Positions 18,422 through 28,292 of a DNA stretch of 64,000 nucleotides are shown piece after piece; the first letter of the stretch is position 1, and each line of letters starts with the position of its first letter. This DNA is from a bacterium (GTDB lineage Bacteria > DRYD01), in the NCBI GenBank assembly GCA_030549815.1, contig JAUQQQ010000004.1, positions 85,827 through 149,826 on the forward strand, read 5' to 3'. The position numbers and the translations under genes were made by a program. The notes beneath the pieces are model-generated. The model was not told the DNA's origin, searched no databases, and worked only from the letters and a program-made list of their open reading frames with translations.

Positions 18422-21184
18422 TTAAGTTTTTACGGTTTCAACAAACATTTTTAAAACCTTACTTTCCTCTTCTAACATATCCATCTCATCTATTTCTTCT
18501 TTTGATAAGTTCTTTTTATTTTTCAAATAATACAATCTTTGACCGATTTTTTGCAGATATTCCTTCAAGGTAATCTGAATAGATTCCTCTCCATAATTTT
18601 TAAGGAAAGTATCGACTAAATTAGAGAATTTAGAATAGAATTCACTGTCGTTCATTCTCTTAAGGAGCTCAGAAACAACCTCTTGCTTATTACTTCCCAA
18701 ATCTATTTTTACATTATCAATATAAACAACAAAACTAAGTCCTTCTTTTCTAACCAATTCAAATACTAAACTCAGATAAACGTATAGCAATTTTTGTATT
18801 TCCTTTTGATCTTTCTCATCCTCAAGAGTTAGATTTTCAACTTTTTGATATACAGAATCTATATGCAATCCCGGGTCGGTATTAACCAATTCCAAATAAC
18901 ATCTTTCCATAACATCGATAAGAACATAAGCATATAAAGGTAGTCCATGTTTTACTTGTAGCATAGAAATCCTATAGGGATTATAATTTTCTATAACTTC
19001 GATATTGTAGGCTTTAGCAGTGTTAAAAAACCTGCTTTTATTAATATCCTTTACCCCCATAACTTTATAATGCTTTACATAAGAGTTTTCAAATAACTGA
19101 GAATCGTACCTATATAGGATAGTTGAAGATCTTAATAATCTACTAACAACCTCTTCTTCATTACCAAATATGTATATAACCTGGTCCTCGATATCTGAAT
19201 AGAGATAATCTTTATAATTTTCTTCTACAAAATCTAAAAGTGCCTTTTCATAGTCCTTAAATTTATCATATTTCATGTTAACAAAGCTGTCAAATAATTT
19301 ATATAGATTACTATTGATTCTGTTTTTATCATTTTCAATAATCATTTCCAATTGTTTATCTATCATTTCTCTGTTTGCCACATAGAAGTTTATTCTATTT
19401 CCCCAACTACTTGCTCTGCATACAAAATCTATTTTTAGATACTCAGAAATATAGTCATTATAAAATTTTTTCCATACATTGTTTATAGCCTCGATATACT
19501 CATCAATATACCTACTAAGAAGCAACCCAAATTTATTATAAAAAAGAATTGCATATTCCTTAATGATGGAATTCATTTGATGATTAGAAAGCTCTGATAA
19601 TGCTTTAGACACTCCTTCAACTAATTTTCTATCCTTTTTGTTAAATAACCTGTTTATTAATGAATTAGATTTTTCAATTAGAGCATTTGAATAAAAATCA
19701 AGGTCCGCAGATAATTTGGAAATCCTATTGTTATGTTCCTCTATCTCTTTCTTTAAAACATCTTTTACTTTTGTTAAATAAGCTATTAAACCATTTTCAG
19801 AATCAGTTAAAACCTTATAAACCAAAAAGAAACCAACAGATGGATTACTTATATATTCATCCATTAACTTTTTGAATTCCTCAAATTTATTCTTAACGAT
19901 TTCGTCGAGATTTTTCTCTAACCTTTCCTTAATCTCACTCAACGTATTTTCTTTGTAGTAAGTAATTATTTTTTCTTTAATCGTCAGTTGCAAATCTTTA
20001 TTCTCAATTTGATAAACTTTTTCACTTATTTCGGAAGGAGATAACAGCTTAAGAGGGTAAAGGTGGTTTATTAAATCGTCAGAGCTTAATTCATCCATTT
20101 TCAATTGTCTTACTATATCATAAACAAAATTAGATTTCAATTCCTTGTTTAAGTAATCATACATAAATTTAACAAGTTTTCCAGCAACGTACCTTTTAAC
20201 ATCCTCATAAGGATAAATAACACTGGAAGTTCCAAATGAGCTATACAAATAGTTTTTATGAGAATAAGGTTGCATCTTTTGAGATTGACTGAGAACAGTA
20301 TAAAGATTATCTTCTGCAGATTTAATATTTGTCCCAACCCCTGAACTAATAAGGATTACAAGTGATTCACTAACAGCTTCTATAGTATCATCTAAACCAC
20401 CAATCGGAAACTCTTCATTTTCATCATCAATAAGATAACAAACATCAAAAGGTTGTTTTTTACTCGAAACTACCCTTGTTTTTGAAAATTGCACTTTGTA
20501 TTCACTTTCATTATTAGGGTTCATATAAAAATCTATTTCTTTGAGAGTAGCATAACCATTAGCAAATATGTGTTTCTTTTCAGCTTCGTCAGATATAGGA
20601 AATGGATGGAAAGCAGTAGGTAAAAACAATATACCTTTAATCAGAGCAGGTATCGCATTTTCCTCTTCTATTACTTTTCTGACAATATAAGCCACATCCA
20701 ATAACATTCCACTACCCGTGCCACCACATGTAGAAGAAATAAGATAAACGTTTATAGTCTTAGAAGCAATCTTAACATCGGCAAACTTCGCCCTCAATTG
20801 CTTTGTAGCCATATCTATAGCATTGAAAACTTTATCCACATTTCTGAATAAATATAGTCTTCCCATTGGTCTGAATTGCTTAGCTCCCTCATCCCCAGAA
20901 ACCACTTTAAAATTCAAATTAGACGGAAACCAAGGCCTAATAAATTCAGCAGATTCAGACCTTAAATTACCAACAATCGAAGAAACACCAGGAACACTAA
21001 CATTAAGATATTCATCAGGTTCTAACTCATTTATCAAAACCTCATTCTTATCAGAGTCGATACAGAAGAACTTGAGCAGAGTCCTGGCATCCTTAGGAAT
21101 CTTTCTTTTCAAACTAACAACTGTTTTTAAACCTGTTCCTCCAAGGCCAATAACAATCGTGGGTATATTAAATTCCATAACCAC
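18422..21184 (-). CDS. Large tubulin-like domain protein (Tubulin_2-type GTPase plus helical region)
   Basis: IVIGLGGTG, IDSD, GAKQFRPMGRL, SSTCGGTGSGMLLD, ANGYATLKE, PFDVCYL, followed by about 550 helical residues. Confidence 0.85.
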   Translation of the reverse strand: MVMEFNIPTIVIGLGGTGLKTVVSLKRKIPKDARTLLKFFCIDSDKNEVLINELEPDEYLNVSVPGVSSIVGNLRSESAEFIRPWFPSNLNFKVVSGDEGAKQFRPMGRLYLFRNVDKVFNAIDMATKQLRAKFADVKIASKTINVYLISSTCGGTGSGMLLDVAYIVRKVIEEENAIPALIKGILFLPTAFHPFPISDEAEKKHIFANGYATLKEIDFYMNPNNESEYKVQFSKTRVVSSKKQPFDVCYLIDDENEEFPIGGLDDTIEAVSESLVILISSGVGTNIKSAEDNLYTVLSQSQKMQPYSHKNYLYSSFGTSSVIYPYEDVKRYVAGKLVKFMYDYLNKELKSNFVYDIVRQLKMDELSSDDLINHLYPLKLLSPSEISEKVYQIENKDLQLTIKEKIITYYKENTLSEIKERLEKNLDEIVKNKFEEFKKLMDEYISNPSVGFFLVYKVLTDSENGLIAYLTKVKDVLKKEIEEHNNRISKLSADLDFYSNALIEKSNSLINRLFNKKDRKLVEGVSKALSELSNHQMNSIIKEYAILFYNKFGLLLSRYIDEYIEAINNVWKKFYNDYISEYLKIDFVCRASSWGNRINFYVANREMIDKQLEMIIENDKNRINSNLYKLFDSFVNMKYDKFKDYEKALLDFVEENYKDYLYSDIEDQVIYIFGNEEEVVSRLLRSSTILYRYDSQLFENSYVKHYKVMGVKDINKSRFFNTAKAYNIEVIENYNPYRISMLQVKHGLPLYAYVLIDVMERCYLELVNTDPGLHIDSVYQKVENLTLEDEKDQKEIQKLLYVYLSLVFELVRKEGLSFVVYIDNVKIDLGSNKQEVVSELLKRMNDSEFYSKFSNLVDTFLKNYGEESIQITLKEYLQKIGQRLYYLKNKKNLSKEEIDEMDMLEEESKVLKMFVETVKT

Positions 21185-21193
21185 TTTCCTCCT

Positions 21194-23719
21194 TTACAAT
21201 ATTACTCTTATTCTTAGCATATCTGCCAAGGATGTTATTTTTCTTTGTAAATTTTCAAACTCCTCCTTATATAATTGTTTAAAAAACTCTTCCCTATCCT
21301 TCAATTGTTTATACATAGAAAACATAACGTTCTGAGACTCCCATAGATTGTAGTTTAAACCTAACTTATACCCAAAATTAATAAAATCAATAATATTGTC
21401 AATAGCACTAATATTTCTATTTTCCAAAATCAGGGGAATCCTTAAAAGCATATCTTTCAATTTTTTTTCAAATTTTCTCTTGATTTTCTCTTCATCCAAC
21501 TTTAAATCAAGTTTGTCCCTATTCAAAATAAAATAAATTATATCCTCATAATTAGGATTAAAGTTCTCCATTAACTTTTCTATTTGATTATCGATAATCA
21601 GCAATGTTATTAATTTCATTTCCAACGGTATAGGTTGATAATTATTATCGATTAGATTACGTATAATTGTTTTTTGTTCAAAAAATATCTCATCAATTTT
21701 TCTATCTATTTCTTTAACATTAGAGTCAATAAGTTTCCTAATTATTTTTCGTCGAACATTTACAAAAAATGAATCCAATGAAAACTTTTCTTGACAATAT
21801 TCATCTATAAAATTAACAATATCTATAAAATTGCCAGATAACAAAAAAGTTTTCAATGTATGGAAAACTTCGGAAGGGTCAAAATCACCAAAACCACCAT
21901 ACAAATTCAAGTTCCCCAAATAAGCAAAAATAAAATTAACGTAACCTTCGGAAAAATCAATCATATTTGTATAACCCACCTTACCTGTACTAATCATATA
22001 TTCACCTTCAACATGTTTTTCCCAAAATTCAACATTCCAAAAACGCCCTAAATTATCAATATTTTTCAAAAATAACTTATTCGCAATAAAAGAAGCAACA
22101 ATCTTATCATTGTCAAAGTAAGCAGTTTTTACAAAATCATTAAATACTCTTAATCCATTACCATAATAGTTAGAAATAGCATCCTTAAGGATAGTCTCAA
22201 CAACAGGCTCTAAATTTATTCCAAAAATCTCCTTAGGCGAAGCCTCCCTTCGGGTAGGCGAAGCCTCCCTTCGGGTAGGCGAAGCCTCCCTTCGGGTAGG
22301 CGAAGCCTCCCTTCGGGTAGGCGAAGCCTCCCTTCGGGTAGGCGAAGCCTCCCTTCGGGTAAGTTTAATGATAGCCCAATAAAGGAACTTCAGATTCTGA
22401 GTTGCTTCCAAACCCGATATATCATCGAAAAACCATCCGCAACTCGTGTACGCAAACATAATATTTTTGTATATCTCCAATAAATTTATAACTCTCTTTG
22501 CTTCCTGACAATCCTCTATACCAAAATCTTCCATAAAAGCACAAACAAAATTAAACAAATCCTCCTTAGTTTTTATTTCATTATCTCTCTTTAAAATATA
22601 CTCTATGTAGTTTTTTCTAATATCTTTGTCTATTTCCATTTTTTTCATTTCATTAATGTATATTTCTTCAAAAGTATTCCTCACACTATCTACAGCAAGC
22701 CTCAGATTCCTTCTCCATTCTTGAGAAGTATTTGGATTAAACCTACATCCACAATTCTCTTTCCATCTTCCTATACCATGAAAACAGCTCCACGATGTAT
22801 TCTCGTTAATTTCTGCTTCATAGATAATTTCGACATTATCAACATAATAACCAAGATTACAAACTTTAACATTTGGGGTAGAAAATAGATAATACAAAGA
22901 ATAAGCCAGTCCCAATTCTCCGAATTTTTTGTGATGTCCATAGGTTTCACCATCAGCAGCAATAACAACAACATCATCTTCTTCTCTAAATTCCGACAAA
23001 ATAGCTTTTCCTAACCTTTCACCATTACTCAATAAATCTTGAAAAGAAACAGCATGAGAAATATTTGAATTATAAGCAAAAACAATAATTTTTCTATCCT
23101 CATCAAGATTCACAATGAAAGGTTTATTGGGAAGATTTCCTTCATTATAAATCCATTGATTACTACCTATCTTTCTAAACCTTTTTATCTGGTGTGGAGC
23201 AAGAATAACAAACTCAATACCGTTTTTACTCAAGTAATTTAATGTTCGTAAATCTACAGCGGTTTCAGGTAACCACATTCCACGTGCATTCCTTCCAAAA
23301 TGATACTCAAAGTCTTTCAACCCCCAATAAACCTGAACATCCAAATCAATGTCATTAGATAATGGCAAAATAACATGATTGTAAGCCTGAGCTATTGCAT
23401 TACCACTACCCAATCTATTGTAACTCAATTTATCAGCTTCAAGTATTTTTTCATACAGCTCTGGTAAATTCCTTTTTATCCAATGCAATAAAGTAGGACC
23501 AAAATTGTAACTAACATACTCCAAATTATTGACAATATTAACAATATAACCATTAACATCGAAAATGCGTGCATAAACGTTAGGAACATAACATTCAAAG
23601 GCAATCCTTTCATTCCAATTTTCAAAAGGATAAGCACTGTCTTGGAACTCTATTTGACCTACAAAAGGATTTTCTCGAGGTGGCTGATAAAAGTGCAAAT
23701 GAAAAATAACATACTTCAT
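21194..23719 (-). CDS. Glycoside hydrolase family 57 (DUF3536-type) carrying an in-frame repeat insertion
   Basis: HLHFYQPPRENP, NFGPTL, YNHVILPL, WLPETAV, DGETYGHH, WSCFHG, SCGWFFDD. Confidence 0.9.
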   Translation of the reverse strand: MKYVIFHLHFYQPPRENPFVGQIEFQDSAYPFENWNERIAFECYVPNVYARIFDVNGYIVNIVNNLEYVSYNFGPTLLHWIKRNLPELYEKILEADKLSYNRLGSGNAIAQAYNHVILPLSNDIDLDVQVYWGLKDFEYHFGRNARGMWLPETAVDLRTLNYLSKNGIEFVILAPHQIKRFRKIGSNQWIYNEGNLPNKPFIVNLDEDRKIIVFAYNSNISHAVSFQDLLSNGERLGKAILSEFREEDDVVVIAADGETYGHHKKFGELGLAYSLYYLFSTPNVKVCNLGYYVDNVEIIYEAEINENTSWSCFHGIGRWKENCGCRFNPNTSQEWRRNLRLAVDSVRNTFEEIYINEMKKMEIDKDIRKNYIEYILKRDNEIKTKEDLFNFVCAFMEDFGIEDCQEAKRVINLLEIYKNIMFAYTSCGWFFDDISGLEATQNLKFLYWAIIKLTRREASPTRREASPTRREASPTRREASPTRREASPTRREASPKEIFGINLEPVVETILKDAISNYYGNGLRVFNDFVKTAYFDNDKIVASFIANKLFLKNIDNLGRFWNVEFWEKHVEGEYMISTGKVGYTNMIDFSEGYVNFIFAYLGNLNLYGGFGDFDPSEVFHTLKTFLLSGNFIDIVNFIDEYCQEKFSLDSFFVNVRRKIIRKLIDSNVKEIDRKIDEIFFEQKTIIRNLIDNNYQPIPLEMKLITLLIIDNQIEKLMENFNPNYEDIIYFILNRDKLDLKLDEEKIKRKFEKKLKDMLLRIPLILENRNISAIDNIIDFINFGYKLGLNYNLWESQNVMFSMYKQLKDREEFFKQLYKEEFENLQRKITSLADMLRIRVIL
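22234..22361. repeat. Perfect tandem array, 6 x 21 bp (TAGGCGAAGCCTCCCTTCGGG) plus a terminal TA
   Basis: Units start at 22234, 22255, 22276, 22297, 22318 and 22339; 14/21 GC; read in the gene as (TRREASP)x6. Confidence 0.98.
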
Positions 23720-24574
23720 CTACATTCCCTCAACTTTCTTCGTATAAATCTTCCCATTTACCTCAAAAACAAGCCATATATCATTTGCTTCCCTAATAAC
23801 TACATTAAATCCTTCTAAATTATACCCTTGCCCAACTTTAACAAAAATATCTTCTCCCTTGTAATCAATTATAGCAAAAACATTGTTAGATATTTTAACA
23901 ACCCCCTTATACTTAAAAGTATCAGGATTAAATTCAGGTTTACTATAAACAATATTCTGATTTGATCCATATGTTTCTGCTTGCTGCTTCAACCGATTTT
24001 CTACTTCCATCTTCTTTTGCTCGTCTTCTTTAACTTTTCTTTCTAACTCAACAAGCTCATCTTTCCAAAACTTCACATTTAAATTTTCCTTACGATTAAA
24101 GTAATCCTGAAAATCTTTTGGTAAAGAATATAAATAAGAAATAACAAGCGAAAGCTCCAAATCTTCATCATAAACATTAACCAAACTAACTTGTTCAACC
24201 TTAAAAGCAAAAGCATTATCATATAAATATCTCATCAAATTGAGAAAGTAATCCCTTTTAATTTTAAAAATTATACTATCCTTGTTATTGTTACTAACAA
24301 CCTGGTTCAATTTAATTATTTGTCTGTTCTCCAAAAAACTAATAAAATTACCAAAATATGCCTTAACATCCTGATAACTAATGTTTGTCTCCGTCTTTGA
24401 CTTAGAATATAAAGAATATAAATTAGACAAAACCAAAATGTAATCATTATATCTCTTTTTCTCAGTTAATAAAATTTTTTGCTTATTTGAAAAATCTTTA
24501 TTAATATAAAAAATAATAAGAGCGACAAAAATTAATATAAGAATTTTTAGAATTAAAAATTGTCTACTTACCAT
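23720..24574 (-). CDS. Putative PilO/PilP-like type IV pilus alignment protein
   Basis: N-terminal TM anchor, ferredoxin-like middle region, coiled coil and a C-terminal beta domain (YKGVVKISNNVFAIID...VKVGQ) like PilP/GspC HR; follows the PilM/N-like gene. Confidence 0.5.
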   Translation of the reverse strand: MVSRQFLILKILILIFVALIIFYINKDFSNKQKILLTEKKRYNDYILVLSNLYSLYSKSKTETNISYQDVKAYFGNFISFLENRQIIKLNQVVSNNNKDSIIFKIKRDYFLNLMRYLYDNAFAFKVEQVSLVNVYDEDLELSLVISYLYSLPKDFQDYFNRKENLNVKFWKDELVELERKVKEDEQKKMEVENRLKQQAETYGSNQNIVYSKPEFNPDTFKYKGVVKISNNVFAIIDYKGEDIFVKVGQGYNLEGFNVVIREANDIWLVFEVNGKIYTKKVEGM

Positions 24575-25826
24575 AATTCACCACTGACCTATTCAATTCA
24601 TATTTTTCAAAAACAATGAACTTAGTATTACCCTCAACATTAACATTAAATCCTCTTTTTTTTAATTCTTCGGCTAATAAATAAATATCAGAATATTTAG
24701 GGCTAACAAAATAAAAATTAACGATATTATCTTTAAAATCAAAATTTTCAATATAAACCTGTCGATTTGTCAATTCATTCAAAGTGTTAAAAAATCTGTA
24801 AAAACCAAAATCGTATACATATTTTCTTACATTGCCTTGTTTTTGGTAAGAGAAAAGAGTTAATTGGTTTTGGTAATTATTTTTGAGAGCCTCAACAATC
24901 ATCTTCTCTTTGCTTATTTTATCACTATTTGTAAAAAAAACAAAAATCAAAAGTAAAACAAGCAAAACGATTAAAAAATTAACAGTTAAATCCAGTTTTT
25001 GTATTAAATTTTCTTTTCTATAGTATTCTTCAAATTTATCAACACTCAAATTAATAGGAAAATTATCTTTATATTCCAAAACTTTTGAATAAGTGTCCAA
25101 ATATTTTCCGTCATCCATAGTAATAAAGCTTATACCTTGAAAAACTTTAGATATGCTACTTAAAACAGGTAATTCTTTATATTCTTTATCAACAAAAAAA
25201 TGAAATTCCTCAATACTTATCTTAGTTTGACCTTGAAAAGAAGATACAACTCTATATATTTCATTAATAAACTTTGTTATTTGCAATTCTTCATTCAAAT
25301 CAACAAAAGAATTAGAACCATAAGGCAAAACAACAAAAAAAAAGTAACCATTACCTTCAAAAGAAAAAATCGACAAGTAATCCCTATCAAAATTGAAACA
25401 GAAATGCTTAGGACTATTTAGATTTAAAAACAACTTGAAAATAAAACTTTTAGGTAATACAGTTTTTAACTTCCCACCCAATCTTCTTACTACCTTTACA
25501 AAATCATTTAAATTTTCCCTCTTAACAGCAACAAAGTAAAGCTTATTACCAAAAATAAAATAATTACTGTAAAGATCATCTAAACCCAAAGATAGAGACT
25601 TAGCAAGATAAGATTTAATAGCAAGGATATTACGTATATCGAAAGGAACAGTTAAGGACTTTGTGATAAGCCAACTATCTGGAATTACCAATACAATTTC
25701 TTTATTTTTTATCAATTCTCCAGGAATTTCTGATATATTTGTAAACTTATTATTCTTAATAAATCCAGCTCTATAATAAATAACATCGACACTTTTATCA
25801 TGTTTTATTTCAATAACGACATTCAT
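24564..25826 (-). CDS. Putative PilM/PilN (GspL-like) protein
   Basis: VLVIPDSWLITKSLTVP and LYFVAVKRE resemble the PilM/GspL cytoplasmic domain; then one TM helix and a short periplasmic domain. Confidence 0.55.
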   Translation of the reverse strand: MNVVIEIKHDKSVDVIYYRAGFIKNNKFTNISEIPGELIKNKEIVLVIPDSWLITKSLTVPFDIRNILAIKSYLAKSLSLGLDDLYSNYFIFGNKLYFVAVKRENLNDFVKVVRRLGGKLKTVLPKSFIFKLFLNLNSPKHFCFNFDRDYLSIFSFEGNGYFFFVVLPYGSNSFVDLNEELQITKFINEIYRVVSSFQGQTKISIEEFHFFVDKEYKELPVLSSISKVFQGISFITMDDGKYLDTYSKVLEYKDNFPINLSVDKFEEYYRKENLIQKLDLTVNFLIVLLVLLLIFVFFTNSDKISKEKMIVEALKNNYQNQLTLFSYQKQGNVRKYVYDFGFYRFFNTLNELTNRQVYIENFDFKDNIVNFYFVSPKYSDIYLLAEELKKRGFNVNVEGNTKFIVFEKYELNRSVVNYGK

Positions 25827-26953
25827 AAATCATAAACTATCGAGCAGAAAGAAACTAATGAGTTAGTTGGTTTCTCAAAATACTTTTGGTAATCTAATAA
25901 CTTTGCATCAATCCTTTCTTTCTTTAGAAAATTAATAGTTTTAAGAAAAAGATAATTAGTTAAAATTCCATCTATCCTTGTTTTGTTTTCATTATTTAAA
26001 AGAAATTCAAAAGCTCCTTCAGCGTCTGCACTTAATAGAAAATTAATATATTCTTTATCAACTTCCTCAGGATCCTCCAATTTTTCATCACCAAATTTAT
26101 TACCAACATGACTTAAATCTATACTTGAGATAAAGACAGAATCAGGAAAATTGTTAGCTATAAAATAGGCAAACTCTTCTATTCTTTTTTTAGACTCTTT
26201 CAGATTATCCGACATACCAACCAGAATAGCAACAACCCTTGCTTTTTCCATTAACCTTTTGACATAAGGTAAATGAAAAGCAATCGAATGTTCTTTTCTA
26301 TAGGAAAGTAAATTAGAATACATATCTAAACTGAATTTTTCGGTAATTTTAACTACCGCCTCCTTATCAGTATACACAAAACCAAACGGTGTTTCCCAAT
26401 CTAAAGGACAAACAGAAAAAAGCCCCTCATGAAAATAATGAGAAACCCCAAAAATAAAAACTCTCTTCCTGTCACTCCTTAGAGTATCATAAGCCTTTAC
26501 ATAACTATTAATTCCAACTCTTAAGTCTATGTGAGGAACAATAGCAGCATCAAAATTTCCACCAGAAACTTCATCTATCCTAAGAAAACGAATAAAATCT
26601 TGCAAATCAATACCATCATTTGAAAAATATGAACTTATGTAACCTTGCTTTTTCAGCTCTTCTATCTTACGCCCTTTGATTATCTTTAAATTTTCATCTA
26701 AAAATAATCCATTTTTTTCAAAAAATTCAATAATTTCTTTGAATTGTTCTTCCGTTATAAAAATTCCTATCCTTTTGATAAATTCACTCCTAACTTCTTC
26801 ATCACTTCTATTTCCATCAAACAAAAACATTAATAATAAAGTCATTTTATTAACAATAAAATCATCACAAATACCAATAGGATCGCTTACAACAAAAAGA
26901 TCATCATACAAAGGCTTTATATCCAAATACCTAACAACTTTCTTCATTTCCAT
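25823..26953 (-). CDS. MEMO1-family protein (AmmeMemoRadiSam protein B) with N-terminal extension
   Basis: IVPHID, GVSH, EHS, SSIDLSHVG. Confidence 0.85.
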   Translation of the reverse strand: MEMKKVVRYLDIKPLYDDLFVVSDPIGICDDFIVNKMTLLLMFLFDGNRSDEEVRSEFIKRIGIFITEEQFKEIIEFFEKNGLFLDENLKIIKGRKIEELKKQGYISSYFSNDGIDLQDFIRFLRIDEVSGGNFDAAIVPHIDLRVGINSYVKAYDTLRSDRKRVFIFGVSHYFHEGLFSVCPLDWETPFGFVYTDKEAVVKITEKFSLDMYSNLLSYRKEHSIAFHLPYVKRLMEKARVVAILVGMSDNLKESKKRIEEFAYFIANNFPDSVFISSIDLSHVGNKFGDEKLEDPEEVDKEYINFLLSADAEGAFEFLLNNENKTRIDGILTNYLFLKTINFLKKERIDAKLLDYQKYFEKPTNSLVSFCSIVYDL

Positions 26954-28290
26954 ATATCCTGATAATTTATATCAGTGTAATTCAATTTTATTTGATCAGT
27001 TATAACAAAATTATCAGGAGAAATAGACTCACTTTTTAATTCAACAGGATAACTTTCTATATTCGGGTACTTTGCAACCTTCAGATAATACTTTTCAACT
27101 CTTAAATTCTGAACATTCTTTGAAATCTTCTTATAATCTTGCAAAAGATAATCAAAAATATTCTTGCTGGAAAATATAGAAATATCATCAAGAGTGTTAA
27201 GATTGAAAATATTAACAGCAAACAGATTTTCTTTTAGAGGGAAAAATCCTGAAACCTTCGAATCTATTCCAAATAAATCATTGATTACATAAGTAGCTTT
27301 CAGAGCAAGATTATAATCAAGAATAGCAACAGCAAGCGCAGGTTTTTTGTCGATCATTGTACTAAAGAAAACAAAAATGTTATCATCATACTGGTAAGAA
27401 GAAAGATAAAAATCATCCTCTAAAGTCCCAAAAGCAAAACTCCTAACATAATTCAAATTAGATTTTTTAAATGAAGAAATTAAAATATTACTTTTATCCT
27501 GAGGTTTAAAAGAACGAGTATTAAAGATGAAATAAAAATTATCTTTAGTTTGAATAATATCGGTTATTTCTTCATCAAAACCACCACCAAAAGCAAATGC
27601 CCGCGACACATTAAAATTATCATCTACTACAGCTAACAAGCAATCCTTATTACCCGATAATTTTTGATAAGAAGAAACCAATAAGTATTTTGAAGGAGAA
27701 ATTTCAATTAAATCAAAAGGAGTTTGATCAACAGATGACCCTACAACCCAGAAATTTGTTGGATAAAAATCAGGACCAAACTTGTATATTAAATTACTTT
27801 CAGCTCCAAAACCAACACTCCTTGTAGATCCCAAAAAGTAAGTACCATTCCTAACACTAATAATCTTGGATGCTCTGTCATCCCTTGTTCCAGAAACAAC
27901 GTAATATTTAACCAAATTTAAATCCTTATCAAAAACGCCAACAAGGATATCATCCAAACTTTCCCTTCTGAAACTCCATGTATCACCAATACCGACAAAA
28001 TAATTGTTTACATTATTAAAATCAACCAATTTATCACTAAAAGCTCCACTTAAAATAGAAAACTTCAAAATATCATGTTTAGAATTAGCTTTAAGAATAA
28101 ACCAATCATCACTTGTTTCAGTAAAACTCTTGGTATCCCCAACGATTAAAAATTCATCATCACCCAATCCCATTACCTTTTTTACTTTTTCTATCGACGG
28201 TGCATACATTACTTTCATCTCAACCTGTGAAAATACTATAATAAACAAGGACATCAATAAAACTATAAATGCAATTATTAATTTTCTCAT
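26944..28290 (-). CDS. Exported beta-propeller-like repeat protein
   Basis: Signal peptide; repeated 'G.T.SF...D..+...D...N+....++.G...D' blades. Confidence 0.65.
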   Translation of the reverse strand: MRKLIIAFIVLLMSLFIIVFSQVEMKVMYAPSIEKVKKVMGLGDDEFLIVGDTKSFTETSDDWFILKANSKHDILKFSILSGAFSDKLVDFNNVNNYFVGIGDTWSFRRESLDDILVGVFDKDLNLVKYYVVSGTRDDRASKIISVRNGTYFLGSTRSVGFGAESNLIYKFGPDFYPTNFWVVGSSVDQTPFDLIEISPSKYLLVSSYQKLSGNKDCLLAVVDDNFNVSRAFAFGGGFDEEITDIIQTKDNFYFIFNTRSFKPQDKSNILISSFKKSNLNYVRSFAFGTLEDDFYLSSYQYDDNIFVFFSTMIDKKPALAVAILDYNLALKATYVINDLFGIDSKVSGFFPLKENLFAVNIFNLNTLDDISIFSSKNIFDYLLQDYKKISKNVQNLRVEKYYLKVAKYPNIESYPVELKSESISPDNFVITDQIKLNYTDINYQDIWK

Positions 28291-28292
28291 CC

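Noticed and set aside
20823-21335. 170-aa plus-strand ORF
   Set aside because: Antisense to the tubulin-like and GH57 genes; its composition mirrors the opposite strand's codons.
22234-22361. 21-bp tandem array as a CRISPR array
   Set aside because: The repeats are contiguous with no spacers, there are no cas genes in the window, and the array lies in frame within a CDS.
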